Positions 61,094 through 64,000 of a DNA stretch of 64,000 nucleotides are shown here, in pieces. The stretch lies in assembly GCA_030390025.1 (NCBI GenBank), contig CM059427.1, forward strand, positions 188,480,001-188,544,000. The letters are read 5' to 3'. Below the pieces are notes generated by a model. It saw only the letters and a program-made list of their open reading frames with translations, was not told where the DNA came from and did not search any database. The number at the start of each line of letters is the position of its first letter. Positions within the stretch are counted from its first letter, which is position 1. Position numbers and translations under genes: made by a program. The stretch is from Squalus acanthias (taxonomy: Eukaryota).

Positions 61094-62845
61094 ATGGAAG
61101 AGAGGATGTCATCCTATGTGTACAAAAAGGTTAATATAACCAAGAAATGGGTAATCAGGCTGTTGCATGCTGAACGTCCTATGGACGCTGCAGCTACATG
61201 GACTGAGAGCAAGGAATATAATAAGTCTGTGGAAAAGGCCATATGGTTGGTCTGCTCCCAGAAACAGATGCAGCTTATGGGGAAGCGCATTCAGATTCTC
61301 ACAGAAGAACGAAGGGAAGAAAGCCAACTGTCCCGTGCCAGAGCCATAGCAGGGGACAGGTTGTGAGCAGAGCTAAACTCAAAAGATCAGGAACAGTTGC
61401 AGATAATAGAGCAACACCGTGCCAGTAAGGGATACCTCCAGTGTCAGGCCACCAAGGCCAAAAGTAGTGAACTGGCATTGCGGGAAGAGAACACCCGCCT
61501 TGCCAAGCAATTAAGGGAATTTAAAGAAAAGTTAAAAGACGTTCAGACAGCTTACAGAGTAGCCAGTACTAGGGGGTTTGAGGTAGGAGACCACAGCCCC
61601 TGTCAGAAGCAGATTGAGAGTCTGAACCTTGCTCTGTCTAAGGCAAAAGGCATGGTGTGCCTGATAAGCCCGGGTGCGGCCCAGTAAGGCCTGGAAGAGC
61701 AAGGGGAAACTGTTCGACCACCACATGTGGCGCCAAAGAGAAGCTTGGTTAGGCAGAAGGAGGGGCAGACAATCTGTGAGGCTGACAGGGAGTGCACACC
61801 AGCACCTGTGGCGCCGAGTTTTGACTTGGTCTGGCAGCAGGGAGAGGGGGGCAAACCGATGCAGGAGAGGTCGGAGCCGGGGCCGATGTGCCCAGCCCGG
61901 CAGCAAAGGTTTGGCCCGCCCGCCGGTGGTGGAGGTCAGGGACCCCTTGAAAATCAATTTGTGGCTCCCCACGGTACACAACAGCTTAGGGCTATGGTAA
62001 GCCACCTGAGTAAACTTACACAAAAGGGGGACCCCTCAGTACACTTCATGGAAGTGGAACAGCGGGCAGGCATCAATGACTGTGATGATGCCGAGATGGC
62101 AAAAATGCTCCTGTTCTCACTAGATGGCAAACTATACCAGTCCCTCTCTGCCGAAAGCAAGAGAGGATGGAATGGGTATGCTGCCTTCAGAGAGGAGGTT
62201 TTAGAGGCCATGGGGATAAATGATGGTAGTCCCTTCTCCCGGGTGGAGAGGACAGTGCAGCTCGCAGGGGAGACCCCACAGGCTTTCGCAGACAGGCTGT
62301 GGCTTGTGTACAGGGGTGCTTGTAATGGGGATCTCGACCGAGCTAACCTGAACAGGGACGAGCTGGCCCACTGGCTCCGTAGCCGAGTGGCAAACAGCTT
62401 GCCACGAATCAAAGCCAAGGCTGAGCTTTGGTTTGACCCAAGAGATCCCCGGGTCACCGAGGAGGCAATGGTCAGACAACTGACCCTAGCCGACCGGAAC
62501 GGTAGGGGGGCTGAAGAGCCCCCACCGAAAGGAAAGGTGTATGAAATAAAGCCCAGTCAGGATAAGAAGGAGTGGCACCAGGAAGGTGGTAAAACTTCCG
62601 ACACAAAGCGTAACTGCTTCGGGTGTGGGAAGAGTGGGCACTGGAGAAAGGACTGTAGAAATCCCTGGAAGGATATACTAACAAAGAATTCCCCAGCTTT
62701 TGCCCCAAAAGTAGAGGCACCGACCTCTTCCCCCACACTGGACACAATAGTAGCGGCCATCAGAGTCCTGTTTGGTGGCCCAGAGAAGGTAGCTACAGCC
62801 ACTGGTGCTGTAATCCCACCTGCCCCCCCTAACGCAGACCTATGA
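61094..62845 (+). pseudogene. gag: gag (coiled-coil N-terminus, capsid-like region, CCHC knuckle), with two premature stops
   Basis: ORFs 60989, 61397 and 61727 share one frame; stops at 61364 and 61685; QLAGETPQAFADRL and CFGCGKSGHWRKDC motifs. Confidence 0.88.
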
Positions 62846-63973
62846 CTAGAACCAGTGCAGCCCGTCTACCTGTGTTCCCCGGAATACGATGGTAAGAAGG
62901 GGGTGGAGACGGTGCAGGGGAGATGTTTGGTGGACACCGGAGCTGCCAGCACGGTGGTCCATTCAGAAGACCTGACCAATTCACCCAGGTCTAACAAGGT
63001 CCCATTTAGCATAATGGGGTTCACAGGGAACGAGCAGGCTGGGGCAATGTCCAAACCTTTGGACATAGATTTAGGATCCCTCCATACCACGTGGGAGGGT
63101 AACCAAAAGGCCGACAAATTGGGCAAGCAGGGGACCAGGGAAGGAGAGTTCTGGGATCCCTATAAAGCAAGTCCGGTAGCCGCAATCCGGGACAAGGGAG
63201 GCACACAGGGGGTAGCTTTGCCCCCGGACTTGAAGCAGGTCCAAGCCCAGGATCCCGTCCTTAAGGCCGGCCTGGTAAAGAGAGAGAATGGGGAGTCCAT
63301 AGAAGGTCTGTTTAGGGCAGCGGACGAGATTTTAAAACAGATTCACTGGCAAGCAGCCAGTAACCTGGGGAGCCAGCACCAGAAAAATCGCCTGCTGTTA
63401 GAACCCCAGAGAACCCACGAGTGGGAGATTGACCAGTGTAAACTGTTTAAACCCGACAAAGGGGAACGGCCAGCAAGGGTGAACCGCCCCAAAGTTAGAA
63501 ATCCCCAGCCAGCAGCTGTGGCAGACGCACAAGCTGCAGCGGGAGGGACAGTGTGTTGTCTCACAGGAGAGAACCCTCCCCCGATGACATGGGACTCAAG
63601 CACACCCCCAGTGGCCAGAGCCCTAAGAAGGTCTCCCCACACACCACAGCCAAGGCTACTGTGGCCACAGGTGTATCAGTTTACAGGGTCCCACCCAAAG
63701 AGGGCTGCAACCCGAAAAGGAGCGCCCAAGAGCAGGGAGCGTTCTAAAGTTGGGGATCCCCAGCCTACAGCCTCCAACAGTGAGGGACTCACAGGAGAGG
63801 TAGTACTGGGAGAAGAGAGAGAGAAGGGTCCCCAGCCTGCAGCCTCAGGCTGGGAGGAGCCCACAGATATGAACGAGGGCGCTGCAGCCACACCAAAGGG
63901 GGTAGTGTGCTGCAGCACAGGACGCAGCTGGGATGTTAAGATAACCCCAGCGTTTTGGAGGAAGGCCTTCTGA
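62846..63973 (+). pseudogene. pol: Internally deleted pol: protease fused to RNase H end and integrase-flanking remnants
   Basis: CLVDTGAASTVV (aspartic protease); GNQKADKL (RNase H C-terminus); DLKQVQAQDPVL and EWEIDQ (integrase-flanking, tentative); no YxDD RT core; same frame as gag. Confidence 0.8.
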
Positions 63974-64000
63974 GTCCGGCGGTACAGGCCGCACTACACC

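Overview
This is repeat-rich vertebrate genomic DNA, most consistent with a cartilaginous fish (shark): it contains HE1/V-SINE, Deu-domain SINE, CR1, Penelope, Harbinger and LTR elements. It is not prokaryotic, and most ORFs in the track are transposon debris. Two + strand immunoglobulin-superfamily receptor genes can be rebuilt from splice signals. (1) The first is the 3' part of a Siglec/CD22-like gene. Its 282-nt C2-set exon is amplified inside a ~2.9-kb tandem array (three near-identical copies in the window; the array runs off the left edge). This is followed by a TM exon containing a lysine and by short candidate cytoplasmic exons. (2) The second is a leader-V-C2-V-C2-TM gene with CD4/LAG-3/G6F-like architecture. 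It is now a pseudogene (two frameshifts, one stop, and a 3.7-kb Harbinger inserted in the TM exon). The most striking observation is that these two different ectodomains end in paralogous TM exons with homologous flanking DNA (K versus Q at the charged position), which suggests a membrane/signalling module shuffled between receptor families. The right end holds an internally deleted retrovirus-like LTR element with a 1.8-kb LTR, a tRNA-Arg-like PBS and a UGA-CUAG gag/pro junction. Family names come from motif recognition by eye, not database searches, and TE boundaries without TSDs are approximate.
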